Shown: positions 20,208 to 31,453, counted from the first letter of the stretch. The stretch is DNA of 64,000 bases from an uncultured Candidatus Actinomarina sp. (GCA_902619825.1 CACNFT010000003.1:10473-74472); one strand, 5' to 3'. Translations and numbers: made by a program. Notes: generated from the letters alone by a model not told the origin.

Positions 20208-21539
20208 TTACACTAGCTCAAAAGATTTGATTATATTTTCTAAACCTTCTTTTGCATCGGTAAAGAGCATCTTTGCATTATCGTTAATAAACAGTGGATT
20301 TGCAATACCTGCGTAACCAGGTGACATAGATCTTTTTATAACAATTACTTGTCTTGCAAGGTCTACATCCAGTATTGGCATTCCATAGATTGGAGAATCT
20401 TCATCAGTTCTAGCCAATGGATTAACAACATCGTTTGCTCCCAAAACTAGCACAACATCCGTTGATGAAAAATCAGAATTTATATCTTCTAAAGTAAACA
20501 TATCTTCATAATCAATGTCTACCTCGGCTAAAAGAACATTCATATGCCCAGGCATTCTTCCGGCTACTGGATGTATAGCGAACTTAACTTCAATATTTTT
20601 ATCTTTCAAAGTATTTGTTAATTCTTTGACAGCTGCTTGAGCTTGTGCAACTGCCATTCCGTATCCAGGAACAATAACTACAGATTCTGCATAGCTTAAT
20701 TGAATTGCAACATCTTCTGGAGAGGTGCTAAATGGATCTTTTTCATATTCATTATTAATCGTTGTATTACCAAAACCACCTTTAAGAACATCTAAAAGTG
20801 TACGATTCATTGCAGCACACATGAGGAGTGTAAGAATTATTCCAGATGCACCTACCAAAGCACCAGCTACGATCAAGATAATACTATTTACTATAAATCC
20901 AGCTGACATGGCTGCTATTCCAGAAAGTGAGTTGAGAAAAGCAATCACTACAGGCATGTCTGCACCACCAATTACAGCAACTCGAATAATTCCAGTAATT
21001 AGTGCAACTAGGATAATAAATTCAATTACAAAATTGTCAATTTCCAAAACTGCTGGAATAAAGATAATGACAGGTAGAAATACTGAAAATATATTGGCAA
21101 ATTTTGAACTAAAGTTATTTAATTTTCCACGGAGTTTCATAACTGCAACAAGACTTCCTGAAAAAGTAAACATTCCAATAACCATTGAAAATATTGCTAC
21201 AAAATAATCATTAAAATGTAAGGAGCTATTAGATAACTCAACATATGCGATTGCACCAGAAGCGCCTCCGCCAAAACCATTAAACAAACCAACAAGTTCA
21301 GGCATTTGTGTCATTTGAACTCGTTTTGATATTAAAACTCCAAGAAGTCCTGAAATAACAATTGTGATGTAAAAAGTAGAATCATATTTTGAAAAATCAA
21401 AGTTAAAGGCACTAAATACAGCTAATGCCATAGCTAGCATTGCAAATAAATTTGCTCTATGTGCCGTTGATGGTCTTCCAAAAAGCTTTAAGGCGAATAT
21501 AAACAATACAGCAGAGATCAATAATATTATTTCAATCAT
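20208..21539 (-). CDS. pntB: NAD(P) transhydrogenase subunit beta
   Basis: N-terminal multi-TM domain plus C-terminal NADP(H)-binding domain III (GYGMAVAQAQ ... GANDVVNP). Confidence 0.9.
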   Translation of the reverse strand: MIEIILLISAVLFIFALKLFGRPSTAHRANLFAMLAMALAVFSAFNFDFSKYDSTFYITIVISGLLGVLISKRVQMTQMPELVGLFNGFGGGASGAIAYVELSNSSLHFNDYFVAIFSMVIGMFTFSGSLVAVMKLRGKLNNFSSKFANIFSVFLPVIIFIPAVLEIDNFVIEFIILVALITGIIRVAVIGGADMPVVIAFLNSLSGIAAMSAGFIVNSIILIVAGALVGASGIILTLLMCAAMNRTLLDVLKGGFGNTTINNEYEKDPFSTSPEDVAIQLSYAESVVIVPGYGMAVAQAQAAVKELTNTLKDKNIEVKFAIHPVAGRMPGHMNVLLAEVDIDYEDMFTLEDINSDFSSTDVVLVLGANDVVNPLARTDEDSPIYGMPILDVDLARQVIVIKRSMSPGYAGIANPLFINDNAKMLFTDAKEGLENIIKSFELV

Positions 21540-21819
21540 TTTTCTTAAACATTTCTAGTATTCGGCCAGTTACTGAAAACCCTCCAACAATATTGAGGGT
21601 TGCAAATGATATTGCAATTAAAACGATAATTTGAAGTATTTGAGATTCTCTTACTTCTGGGTATATCAGAATTGCTGCAATTAATGTAATTCCTGAAATA
21701 GCATTTGAACCAGACATAAGTGGTGTGTGTAGTGTCTGAGGAATTTTAGATATAAGTTCGTACCCAATAAAGCTTGCTAAAAAAGTTATTAACAATGTAA
21801 GTAAGAAAGTTGCTTCCAT
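21532..21819 (-). CDS. pntAB: NAD(P) transhydrogenase subunit alpha part 2 (membrane)
   Basis: 95 aa with 3 TM, lying between pntAA and pntB as in split-alpha Pnt operons. Confidence 0.8.
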   Translation of the reverse strand: MEATFLLTLLITFLASFIGYELISKIPQTLHTPLMSGSNAISGITLIAAILIYPEVRESQILQIIVLIAISFATLNIVGGFSVTGRILEMFKKND

Positions 21820-22832
21820 TATGAACTCATCTCTGTAAAAATCTCATCATCACTGTTCTCTATGTATAGTTCGATTAAATTTCTAACATTCTCCGAATAA
21901 AGCTTTGTTGCTGCATGTTTTACGGAATTTAGAATGTCTGTTTCACCAACTATTTTTACACCATTTAATTCAACAACTTTATTCACCACAGTACCTTCAC
22001 AGTTTCCACCTGTACCGGCTGCTAAATCGATAATCACAGAATTCTTTTTCATCTTTTCAATGGTTGACTTTTCGATTAAGACAGGTGCTTTTTTTCCTGG
22101 TATTTGAGCAAATGTTAAAACAATATCACTATCAATTACTTGTTTCTTTAATGCTTCTTGAATTTTCTGATTTTCTTCTTCAGAGACCTCTTGCGCATAA
22201 ACACTGTCTTGTGCTTCAGTGTTGGCTTCTACAAATTTAGCACCCAGAGATTCCACTTGATCCTTGGCTTCTTTTCTAATATCGAAAGCCCAAACTCTAG
22301 CACCAAGTCTTTTTGCAGTTGCAATTGCTTGAAGGCCTGCAACCCCAACTCCTAAAATCAGGACCTTGGAAGGTTGAATATTTCCTGCAGCAGTTGTCAT
22401 CATTGGTACTACATCAGATGTCTCTTTTGCAGCTCTTAAAACTGATGCGTATCCAAGCAAGTTAGCTTGAGAAGATAGAGCATCTAAATTTTGAGCTCGT
22501 GAAATTCTAGGTAGTTTGAAGAAACTCAATATCTTGATATCAGGTCTTAATTTTTTAATTTCTTCGATCTTTTCGAAATCAAATATGCCAATAAGGACTG
22601 CTCCTTCCTTCAAACCCTTAATTGTTTTATTTTCAATATTTTCTACGCAGGCGATAACATCTAAATCACTTAATTTAGAAATAGTCTTTACATTTTCTTG
22701 TTTAGAATCTGGATAATTAAGGTAATCAAATATATTTTTTTCTAAATGCAGGTCCATAGAATATTTCTCAAAAGATTCAGGGTGTATTGGAGCCCTATAT
22801 CCATCAACATCTGTTAAAAACCCAATATTCAT
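21819..22832 (-). CDS. pntAA: NAD(P) transhydrogenase subunit alpha part 1 (alanine dehydrogenase-like dI)
   Basis: AlaDh_PNT N- and C-terminal domains with the Rossmann motif VLILGVGVAGLQAIATAKRLGA. Confidence 0.9.
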   Translation of the reverse strand: MNIGFLTDVDGYRAPIHPESFEKYSMDLHLEKNIFDYLNYPDSKQENVKTISKLSDLDVIACVENIENKTIKGLKEGAVLIGIFDFEKIEEIKKLRPDIKILSFFKLPRISRAQNLDALSSQANLLGYASVLRAAKETSDVVPMMTTAAGNIQPSKVLILGVGVAGLQAIATAKRLGARVWAFDIRKEAKDQVESLGAKFVEANTEAQDSVYAQEVSEEENQKIQEALKKQVIDSDIVLTFAQIPGKKAPVLIEKSTIEKMKKNSVIIDLAAGTGGNCEGTVVNKVVELNGVKIVGETDILNSVKHAATKLYSENVRNLIELYIENSDDEIFTEMSS

Positions 22833-22880
22833 TATTTTATTTTATTCCTATTAAGAGTTATATATAAATAAACTTAAAAG

Positions 22881-23921
22881 ATGAGAATTGCTGTATTTGC
22901 TGATAAATTTTCTGGAACACTTACATCCGATGAAGTTATTGGTGAGATAAAAAAGATATTTAAATATAACAATATTAAATCATCATTCTTTCCAGTTACA
23001 GATGGTGGTGAGAACTCAACAGAGATATTTAAAGAATATGGTTTTGAAACACAACAGATGTCTATGAAACAAGATTTTTCTGGCAAATGGTTGCCTGTCG
23101 AGACTTTAAAAGTAAATAAAAATATATACATTGAAACCTCTCAGCTAATAGGTATAAAAAATACAAATGATTTATCTTTAGATCTAAATACATCATGCCT
23201 TGCAAAAATAATTGAGGATGTAGATATTTTATCAATGGGAGGCTCTAGAACAAATGACGCTGGAATAGGTTTACTCAGCAAAATGGGAATTGATTTTCTA
23301 AATAATAAAGATGTAATAGAAGATCCAAAGCCAAAAGATTTCAAATTAATAAACAATATAAAAATTAATGAGAGTTTTAAAAAACTTAATAAAAAAGTTT
23401 TAATCGATACAAATATTCCACTACTTGGTAACAACAATGCTTTTAAAGTATTTGGACCTCAAAAAGGGTTGGCAAATAGTGAAATTAAATTTTTGGAAAA
23501 AAATGTTGAGAGAATTTTGAATTTACTTTCTAATGAAATGGATAGTTCATTAGATCCATTTAAAGAAGGGACTGGTGCCTCTGGTGGTTTAAGTTTTGCA
23601 TTGGGTGAGGTACTTGGATGTGAAATAATCTCAGGTCCTCAATTCTTTTTAAATGAGACAAAACTATTAAGTAAAATAAATGATTTTGAAATTGCGATCT
23701 TATGTGAAGGAAAATTTGATTTTTCATCTATGAATGGAAAAGTTCTTGGAGAGATTTTAAAGCTTCATACTGGGCAGACTTATTTTTTAGGTGGCAAGTT
23801 TGACTACAATGATGAAAGTATCTTTACAGATACATTTGAATTAGGTAATAAAGGTATGAAAAATTCAAAAAAAGCATTAAGAGATTCGGCATATACATTG
23901 GCTAAAAAGATAGGTAAATAG
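22881..23921 (+). CDS. glxK: glycerate kinase
   Basis: Glycerate kinase I family pattern: M+IA...DKF.G.L.s, DGGE and GASGGLSFALG. Confidence 0.65.
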   Translation: MRIAVFADKFSGTLTSDEVIGEIKKIFKYNNIKSSFFPVTDGGENSTEIFKEYGFETQQMSMKQDFSGKWLPVETLKVNKNIYIETSQLIGIKNTNDLSLDLNTSCLAKIIEDVDILSMGGSRTNDAGIGLLSKMGIDFLNNKDVIEDPKPKDFKLINNIKINESFKKLNKKVLIDTNIPLLGNNNAFKVFGPQKGLANSEIKFLEKNVERILNLLSNEMDSSLDPFKEGTGASGGLSFALGEVLGCEIISGPQFFLNETKLLSKINDFEIAILCEGKFDFSSMNGKVLGEILKLHTGQTYFLGGKFDYNDESIFTDTFELGNKGMKNSKKALRDSAYTLAKKIGK

Positions 23922-23922
23922 G

Positions 23923-24171
23923 ATGACTATTACCTCTCCCTGTATAAATGTTTGTGTGACTGATCCAGATACTGATTTGTGTTACGGGTGTTCAAGAACA
24001 TCAAAAGAAATTAAAGAATGGTCAAAATATAACGATGAAGAACAATTAAAAGTTATTGAAATAAGTCGTAACAGAATGGATGGGTGGCAACGTAAAGCAT
24101 TTGATAAAGCATATAAAGAAAAAGTTGAGACCGGAACAAGTCCTTTAAAAAAACAGAAATTACAGGATTAG
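23923..24171 (+). CDS. DUF1289 family Fe-S/Cys-cluster protein
   Basis: [27 protein letters not shown] matches the DUF1289 (YdhL-like) motif. Confidence 0.7.
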   Translation: MTITSPCINVCVTDPDTDLCYGCSRTSKEIKEWSKYNDEEQLKVIEISRNRMDGWQRKAFDKAYKEKVETGTSPLKKQKLQD

Positions 24172-25877
24172 AAACCTGGTTCTTCCAAACCAAGACTTAG
24201 GTAGACCATCCTTAACAAGTCTTTAAATGCTTGGTCAAAATAGTAATCAACTGTAGAGTCTTGGTCTAATCCATACCACCAAAACCAGTCTGAGCCTTCG
24301 GCTAACAACATGTATTCGTACGCTTGGTTTATTTGTTCATCAGAGTAATCTCCTGATTTTTTTGCCTCTTCAAAATCTATTCTGGTTTGATAAAGAAGAT
24401 CCCAAGCCTGATTTTCATCAGTCTCACCAATCCAGGTTGCAAAATTTGGTTGGAACCAAGATGAAGGATAAAGTTCATCGATCGTATCAAGACTGTCACC
24501 ATACATTTTCAAATAATCACTAGGAGTTATAGTCTCTAACCAATCATATTTTGTAAGGACTGTATACATTCCATTTAAAAAGTCGATGCCATCATTTGGA
24601 TAGTTCTCCCAAAAATTTTCACCATCAGCAATTATTGAAACAACTGGAACAAAATCTAACTCAGAAGTTTTTTCACGTAATTTTAAAATCGTATTTTCAA
24701 ATTCTTTAACAGAGAGGTCTGACCTTTTTTCTGAGTAATCAAACATTTTGTCAGATAGATAATTATCTCTAAAAAATATTGGTATTTTTTCACCATTAGA
24801 CAGTACTGTGTTCCAGGGTCGATATAATAATTCTGGCTTAGAAGCTACTCCCCCAACCCATCTTTGAATTTTTACATCTAGTGATTTCTCTAAAGGGTTT
24901 TGTCCAGTTGCTATCCAAGAAATATCTTCATCGTTGAAATATTGAAGGACTTCCTGGGCAACTGCACCTTCAGCTGGCCACATGCCATTGGGATAAAATC
25001 CAAAATTTTCAAAGAAGATATCTTTTCCCTTCTTAACATGGGCTCTCGCATCATCTTCAAAATTAAAAGTATTATTTGGAAAATCTGATACTGTATCTCC
25101 TTTTTTTCCCAAATCTGAGTTATGTATTAAGGGTAAAATAGGATGTGCAAATGGTGTTGTAATCAGCTCTATGTGATTATTTTTATATGCATAAAGATGT
25201 TCAGGTATAACTTTATCAATGAGTTCATTGTGAATTTCAAGAATTATTTTTTTATCTGCTTCAGAAAAATTACTACCTTTTTCTACAATCTTATTCAATG
25301 GATCTAATGATAGATATTTTGGATCAGTCCATCCAAGATTAAATAGAACTTGAAGATCAATATAGTCCTGTGTGGTCCAGTCTTGAGGATTTTGTCTAAG
25401 GTTTCTGAGTTCAACAAAGCGAGGATATGTATTAATGATTCTTGAGTTGATATCAAAAAATCTGTCTCTTAGAAAATCTTTTTGTTCGTCTGTAAGCTTG
25501 TCAGCTTCAACCTCTGTATGAACCCAATAGATATCTCTAGATCCATTTGAGAGCTCATTTAATTGATTCATTAATGTTGGTGTCAAATTAAACGTAACCC
25601 GAAGTCCTTCAAAATCTTGGACCATTTCAACCATATCAAGATAATCTTTTGTTGCGTGAAGTCGGACCCATGGCTTTGAAAAATTTCCATCAGTGTCTTT
25701 AGGATAATAGGGCTGATGCTGATGCCACAGTAACATCACATAAAGCTCTGGGGAGTCTTTTGTTTCTTCAATTATTAACTCTGTTGTTGGGGTAATTACT
25801 TCTTCTACCGTTTCATTACTTGAAGTTTGAGAACAAAAAGTAAAAAAGAGTATCAACAATATTGAATACTTTTTCAT
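24168..25877 (-). CDS. glycoside hydrolase family 57 (alpha-glucan-active) lipoprotein
   Basis: N-terminal signal/lipobox ([10 protein letters not shown]). GH57 region I WHQHQPYY, and [14 protein letters not shown] with [12 protein letters not shown] typical of GH57. Confidence 0.6.
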
Positions 25878-25899
25878 TTGGCAATTATAAAATAATTAT

Positions 25900-26862
25900 T
25901 TAAGAGAATAAAGATTTAAGCAATTCTTTGTCAGGAATTGTAAAGATTTTTTCAATAGTGTTAACATACAATTCAAAAGCTAAGGGTAGTTCTGATCTAA
26001 CTTCGTTTATTGTGCTGATTTCAAATTCACCATGAGGTAAATCAAATATATCACCATAACCCCAAGAGGTAACTATTACCCAAAAAGAAAATTCTTGAAC
26101 AGTAACTCTGTTATATCCCTCTATGTCTCCATTGTTTTTTATTTCTTCATAAGTAGAAATATCATAGATATTTTTTTCAACAGCTTCATTCATTGCCTTA
26201 TGAATCTTAGAATTTGTATCTTCCCAGCTCCATTCAGGAAACTCTAGGAGCAATCCTGCACCTGTAATTGTATGTAGTAAATGCTCGACAACTTCTCCAA
26301 CTGTACCAATTGTATTTGCATCTTTATATTCCCAAATAAAATCTGTGTGGTTATCTTCATACCCATTACCCGGACAGCAGTCTACAGATGGATTTGGCGA
26401 ATCAAAATTATAATATTCTGGGCCTTCAAAACCAACTCTCTGAAAAACCTTTTCATTATCAACAGAATTTAAATATCTTGATCTAAGGCTGTTGTCTATA
26501 TTATCTCCTTGTTGTAACATTTGAAAATATGTTTCTGCAACTTTATACATATATTCATCGGAAACTTCAGGAAGAGCAAAAATTCTTAATCCCGCGACAT
26601 CAACATATTTTTGATAATCCCTAAATGATGTGTCAATTACTATTTCACCAATTGAAATTACATTTTCAGAACTGTAATCTTCACTCTCTTCATTAACTTC
26701 TTCAATTGTTGTTGTTGTAGAATCATCATTTTCTTTTTGTTGTTCAGTAGTTGTTGTTGGTTCATCTGAGTTACTGCTTGTATTTTCGGTAACTTCAACA
26801 TCTCCTTCACCTGCTCCACAAGCTATAAAAAAGATTAAAAATAAAATTGTCTTGAGCTTCAT
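25900..26862 (-). CDS. secreted lipoprotein of unknown function with a Thr/Glu-rich linker
   Basis: The likely start is MKLKTILFLIFFIACGA (lipobox Cys), not the upstream Met in the ORF track. Low-complexity TTTTEQQ...TTTTIEE region. Confidence 0.5.
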   Translation of the reverse strand: MKLKTILFLIFFIACGAGEGDVEVTENTSSNSDEPTTTTEQQKENDDSTTTTIEEVNEESEDYSSENVISIGEIVIDTSFRDYQKYVDVAGLRIFALPEVSDEYMYKVAETYFQMLQQGDNIDNSLRSRYLNSVDNEKVFQRVGFEGPEYYNFDSPNPSVDCCPGNGYEDNHTDFIWEYKDANTIGTVGEVVEHLLHTITGAGLLLEFPEWSWEDTNSKIHKAMNEAVEKNIYDISTYEEIKNNGDIEGYNRVTVQEFSFWVIVTSWGYGDIFDLPHGEFEISTINEVRSELPLAFELYVNTIEKIFTIPDKELLKSLFS

Positions 26863-26904
26863 ACAAAGATTGTAACTAGCTTTAATAACGATATCATTGT
26901 CTTT

Positions 26905-27396
26905 ATGATTGAAATACATAAAACAATTGAAAAAATATTTGAAAGCAATAAAGACAAGCTAGATGCTTTTGAATGTAAGGACGAATTTTCTGATACACAA
27001 AGTTTTTGTGACCATTATGGATTTAAAATTGAAGATTCTTGTAATGCAATATTACTCAAATCAAAAAAACCAGAAGAATTTTATGGGTTGTTTTGTGTTT
27101 TAGGATCAGACAGATTGGATGTCAATCATAAAGCTAAAAGCTTATTAGGTGCAAAAAAAGTAAGTTTTGCTTCAAGAGAAGAAGCTGAGATAATTACTAA
27201 TCAAATTTACGGAGGTATAAGTCCTCTCGGCTTACCAGAGGAAATAAAGGTATATATTGATGAGAATGTAATGTTGAGAAATAAAGTCTTTATCGGTGGT
27301 GGTAATAGGATAAGTAAATTTTTTCTTAAGCCTTCTGATTTAAAAGATTTAACTAATGGAGAGGTTGCAGAGCTAACTCAATCCATCTCTACATAA
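26905..27396 (+). CDS. YbaK/ProX-type aminoacyl-tRNA deacylase domain protein
   Basis: 163 aa with YbaK-like GGISPLG and GGG motifs. Confidence 0.55.
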   Translation: MIEIHKTIEKIFESNKDKLDAFECKDEFSDTQSFCDHYGFKIEDSCNAILLKSKKPEEFYGLFCVLGSDRLDVNHKAKSLLGAKKVSFASREEAEIITNQIYGGISPLGLPEEIKVYIDENVMLRNKVFIGGGNRISKFFLKPSDLKDLTNGEVAELTQSIST

Positions 27397-27810
27397 ACTT
27401 GCTGCTTGAGGAGAGAAAGCTTTACCGTTCAAACCAGGAAATCTACCAGCCTGTAAATAATATTTTAAGAAAGTTCTAACATTTCTAAAATCATCATTTG
27501 AAATCTCCTGAGGTGTTGTCAAAACATTTAATGGATTTGGTAAATTCCTCTCTAAAAAAGATTTTTGTTCACTATCCAACTTTTCAACATATTCAGAAAG
27601 TAGAGATATTGTTACTTCATAGTCTTCAATTACATTAATACAGTTTTCATATTCATTGGCAGAAAGAGGGCTAACATCGACATCATAGTCTGCCCTATAT
27701 TGAAAAAATAAAACTATAACGACAAACAATATCAAAGTGTAGAAAAATATTTTAATTGGAAAAAAAATTACTTTTCTAATTGGCCAAAGAATTGCTTTGA
27801 TTATCCTCAC
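27373..27810 (-). CDS. hypothetical membrane-anchored protein
   Basis: 145 aa with a single N-terminal TM. Confidence 0.35.
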   Translation of the reverse strand: MRIIKAILWPIRKVIFFPIKIFFYTLILFVVIVLFFQYRADYDVDVSPLSANEYENCINVIEDYEVTISLLSEYVEKLDSEQKSFLERNLPNPLNVLTTPQEISNDDFRNVRTFLKYYLQAGRFPGLNGKAFSPQAASLCRDGLS

Positions 27811-27814
27811 AAAT

Positions 27815-28615
27815 TTATTGTAATGTAATTACAAGACACTGACACGCACCACCAGATTTAAGAAATTCTGAAACATTTGATATCTCAATATTGCATCCTA
27901 AATCAGCGACAGTTTCAATAATGTCTATATCATCAGATGGAAAGATTACAGATTCATTTATTACAAAACTGTTACAGGCAAGTTTATTTGCATCGTTTTC
28001 ACCTACTGGAATTAAATTAAATAAATCTGAAAATTCACTTAAAGAAGAATCCTCAAATGCTTCCGGATAAAAAATTGCGTCGTTATTATTTGTTGGAAGG
28101 TTCTGAAAACAAGTATCAAGATGATAAAATTTTTCATCAACTAACTTTACAATTTTTGGTTTAAGCTCAAATTGTTCTGCTATGTAAATTAAAGCCTCTT
28201 TATCACTTCTAACACCATATGATCCGATTAAATATTCACCATAAACAAAAGCATCCCCACGCCCTTCAAATTTATACTCTGAAGGAATACGGGCGACATC
28301 ATAACCATTTTTTTTGAACCAGTTCTCATAAATGATTTCTTCTCCCCGTCTTTCTTGAAATTTAAAGTTTGATATAAGAACTGACTTGTCTTTTATAATG
28401 CCTGAGTTTGCCGTAAAGACTAAGTCTGGATAAACAGTATTTCCTGGAATAACTTTAACTTCAGCTCCACACTTTTCAATAGTTGATTTAAGTCCACTCC
28501 ATTGGTCTTTTGCTAGCTCTAGATTGACCTCTACACCTTCAATCATCCATGGGTTAATTGAATACTCTAGTCTAAAATACTCTGGGGAACTCATTAAAAC
28601 AGCGCTATTTTGCAT
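27815..28615 (-). CDS. amidinotransferase / DDAH-fold (guanidino-group modifying) enzyme
   Basis: 266 aa. C-terminal catalytic-Cys motif SGGACQCL resembles the GGGxxRC(M) of DDAH/arginine deiminase-fold enzymes. Confidence 0.5.
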   Translation of the reverse strand: MQNSAVLMSSPEYFRLEYSINPWMIEGVEVNLELAKDQWSGLKSTIEKCGAEVKVIPGNTVYPDLVFTANSGIIKDKSVLISNFKFQERRGEEIIYENWFKKNGYDVARIPSEYKFEGRGDAFVYGEYLIGSYGVRSDKEALIYIAEQFELKPKIVKLVDEKFYHLDTCFQNLPTNNNDAIFYPEAFEDSSLSEFSDLFNLIPVGENDANKLACNSFVINESVIFPSDDIDIIETVADLGCNIEISNVSEFLKSGGACQCLVITLQ

Positions 28616-28659
28616 GTAAACAGTTTACAATTTTATACATTAAATGTATATTTTCATAC

Positions 28660-29175
28660 ATGGATAACATCAAGCTTTTACCTATTGATAATTCAAATCT
28701 TGAGATTTGTCATACTATAAACCAAGACAATGTACCCAATGTAGGAACAACAACTTTTGAAGAGTTTGAAGCATTGGTAGAAAACTCTGACTTTCAAAGA
28801 TGTATCATTCATGAAAACAAAGTTGTTGGATTTATTATTTGTTTTCAGGATTCATCAAAAACAAAATCATTCATGTATAACCTAAAACATAAAAATTTTA
28901 ATGAATTTAGAAATCGTTTAAAAAATTTTATGTACATCGATCGAGTTGCAGTTGATATTGAATTTAGAAAAATTGGAATAGCATCATCAATGTATGAAAA
29001 ACTTCTTGAGTTTTGTTTAGAATCTAATATCGAAAATTTGACTGCAGAAATAAATATACTTCCTTCAAGAAATGAAGTATCTTTTAGTTTTCATGAAAAA
29101 TTTGATTTCGTTGAGATTGATACGAAAAAGTACTCCGATGATTATGAAGTTTCATTACAAAAGAGAATTCTTTAA
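28660..29175 (+). CDS. GNAT family N-acetyltransferase
   Basis: Motif A-like RVAVDIEFRKIGIASSMYEKLLEF. Confidence 0.6.
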   Translation: MDNIKLLPIDNSNLEICHTINQDNVPNVGTTTFEEFEALVENSDFQRCIIHENKVVGFIICFQDSSKTKSFMYNLKHKNFNEFRNRLKNFMYIDRVAVDIEFRKIGIASSMYEKLLEFCLESNIENLTAEINILPSRNEVSFSFHEKFDFVEIDTKKYSDDYEVSLQKRIL

Positions 29176-29195
29176 GTATTAAGATATAAATATTA

Positions 29196-29474
29196 ATGAA
29201 ATTTAAATTACCTCGTAGACAAAGAAAAAGTTTTGAAACAATATCTGGAAAGCCTATAGACACTAACTTAAATAAAAAAGAAGCTCTTGAGATTTTTGAA
29301 ATGGTAAAAAATACTTACTCTATGGCTCCAAATACTTTTGGTTCTGCCAAAGGAAAAAAAGAAGAAGCATTAGAAATGTTAATGATAATAAGTGATCAAA
29401 TTTCAAAGGAGTATAAAGATTGTGAAGTTATTTGGAGGCAAGGTGTCCCAGAAATTACTAAGGTAAAAGATTAA
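29196..29474 (+). CDS. hypothetical protein
   Basis: 92 aa hydrophilic protein. The next gene shares one base with its stop. Confidence 0.35.
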   Translation: MKFKLPRRQRKSFETISGKPIDTNLNKKEALEIFEMVKNTYSMAPNTFGSAKGKKEEALEMLMIISDQISKEYKDCEVIWRQGVPEITKVKD

Positions 29475-30460
29475 TGAAAAAAGTTATTATCGATGCCGAT
29501 ACTGGGTCAGATGATGCTGTTGCCTTATTAATGGCATACAGAAACTTAGCAAAAGAGAATATATTAGGAGTTACACTCGTCTCAGGAAACGTTCCTCTTG
29601 ATCAGGCTGTTTTAAATACCATTTATGTCAATGAATTATGTGAAGTCGACATACCTATTTATAAAGGTGCTAACAAGCCATTAAATAGAGAATATCTAGA
29701 GGTTTTTGATTCAGAAACTGCAACAAACATTGCTCTAAGTTATACAAATGAGTCAACCTCAGCTCAGCACGTGCATGGTATTGATGGTCTCGGTGATATT
29801 GGGTTAACTCCTATAAATAAGGAAGTAGAAAGCAAAACTGCGGCTGAATTTTATAAAGAGGTTTTGGAAAACGAAACTGATTTAGAAATAGTAACTTTAG
29901 GTCCGTTAACAAATATTGCGAATATGATTGAAAAAAATAAAGAAAGTCTAGATTCAATAAAACATATTTACATAATGGGTGGAAGTTCAAATGCATTGGG
30001 TAATGTTACAAAATTTGCGGAATATAACTTTTGGGTTGATCCAGAAGCAGCAGATATAGTTCTCAATGCGGGAATACCTACAACAATGATTGGCTGGGAT
30101 CCTTCTTTATACGATGCAATGATTGACATAAATAAGATAAATGAAATTGAATCTTTAAATACAAAATTTTCTAAGTTTACAAATGATATTCAAGTTGTTT
30201 TAAGAGAAATGATGAAAGAATTGCTTAATCAGGATGCATATGATCTTCCTGATCCATTAGCTATGTCTGTATTTTTAGATGAAACGATAATTAGCCAATC
30301 AGCAGAAGCAAATGTAAGAGTTGATTTTCGTGATGGAATGACCAGAGGAGGATGTGTTATAGACTACATGAACATTGAGCCTGAAACACACAAGACAAGA
30401 ATTGTACAAAGGTGTAATCCTGATAAGTTTTTTGAATTATTAAAAAGCAGCTTAGTCTAG
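29474..30460 (+). CDS. iunH: nucleoside hydrolase (inosine-uridine preferring family)
   Basis: N-terminal aspartate cluster IIDADTGSDDAVALLMA (the DxDxxxDD motif of the IU-NH family). Confidence 0.85.
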   Translation: MKKVIIDADTGSDDAVALLMAYRNLAKENILGVTLVSGNVPLDQAVLNTIYVNELCEVDIPIYKGANKPLNREYLEVFDSETATNIALSYTNESTSAQHVHGIDGLGDIGLTPINKEVESKTAAEFYKEVLENETDLEIVTLGPLTNIANMIEKNKESLDSIKHIYIMGGSSNALGNVTKFAEYNFWVDPEAADIVLNAGIPTTMIGWDPSLYDAMIDINKINEIESLNTKFSKFTNDIQVVLREMMKELLNQDAYDLPDPLAMSVFLDETIISQSAEANVRVDFRDGMTRGGCVIDYMNIEPETHKTRIVQRCNPDKFFELLKSSLV

Positions 30461-30464
30461 TCTA

Positions 30465-31412
30465 TTATTCTTCTTTATCTTCAGATTCAGTCGAATCTTT
30501 GTTTTCATCCTTGAACAATTCTGAAATTGCTCCAATACTGCCCAAAGTTGCAGATAGATCTGCTGGCAAAAATATTTTTGTAGCATTTCCATCAGCAACT
30601 TTTTCAAGAGATTCTAGATATTTTATTGCTATCAAATCGTTTGAAGGATCACCTTCATGAATTGCATTGAAAACTTTTAATATAGCCTCAGCTTCACCTT
30701 CTGCTGTAACTACTCTTTCATACTTTTCAGCATCAGCAACTTGTTTTAATGCTTCAGCTTCACCTTGAGCACTTAAAATTTGTGACTCTCTTTCACCTTC
30801 TGCTGTCAAAATTGCAGCTCTTTTTTCACCTTCAGCTTCGGTAACAGCAGCTCTTCTATCCCTTTCAGCTTTCATAACTTTGTTCATTGCATCTTGAACA
30901 TCTTGAGGTGGATCAATTCTTTGAATTTCAACACGAACAACTCTAGTACCCCACTTATCTGTTGCTTCGTCAAGGATCAATTTTAAAGATGTATTAATAG
31001 TCTCTCTTGAAGTTAAAGCAGCATCTAATTCAAGATCACCAACGACATTTCTTAGGTTGGTTTGTGCTAATTTTGTTGCTGCAGTGATAAAATCTCCGAC
31101 GTTATATACAAGTTTTTTAGGATCAGTTGGTTCATAATAAATGACTGCATCAACAGTAATCGTTACATTGTCTTTTGTAATAACTTCTTGTGGTGGAACA
31201 TCGATAACTTGTTCCCTCATGTCTACAATGATTAATTTTTCAATCCCAGGAATTACAATGTTGAGTCCTGCGGTTGCCTCTCGATTATACTTACCAAATC
31301 TTTCAACTAATCCTTTCTCGAATGGTCTTAGAATTCTAAATATTCTGAATGCAATAAAGATTACAAGACCAAATAATATTACGCTTCTTACAATTGATAA
31401 TATAAATTCCAT
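30465..31412 (-). CDS. SPFH/band 7 (stomatin-prohibitin-like) membrane protein
   Basis: N-terminal TM followed by an SPFH domain and a coiled-coil Ala/Glu-rich region. Confidence 0.8.
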   Translation of the reverse strand: MEFILSIVRSVILFGLVIFIAFRIFRILRPFEKGLVERFGKYNREATAGLNIVIPGIEKLIIVDMREQVIDVPPQEVITKDNVTITVDAVIYYEPTDPKKLVYNVGDFITAATKLAQTNLRNVVGDLELDAALTSRETINTSLKLILDEATDKWGTRVVRVEIQRIDPPQDVQDAMNKVMKAERDRRAAVTEAEGEKRAAILTAEGERESQILSAQGEAEALKQVADAEKYERVVTAEGEAEAILKVFNAIHEGDPSNDLIAIKYLESLEKVADGNATKIFLPADLSATLGSIGAISELFKDENKDSTESEDKEE

Positions 31413-31453
31413 ACAACAATTCTATTCATGAAAGAGATATACGCTAATCGAGA

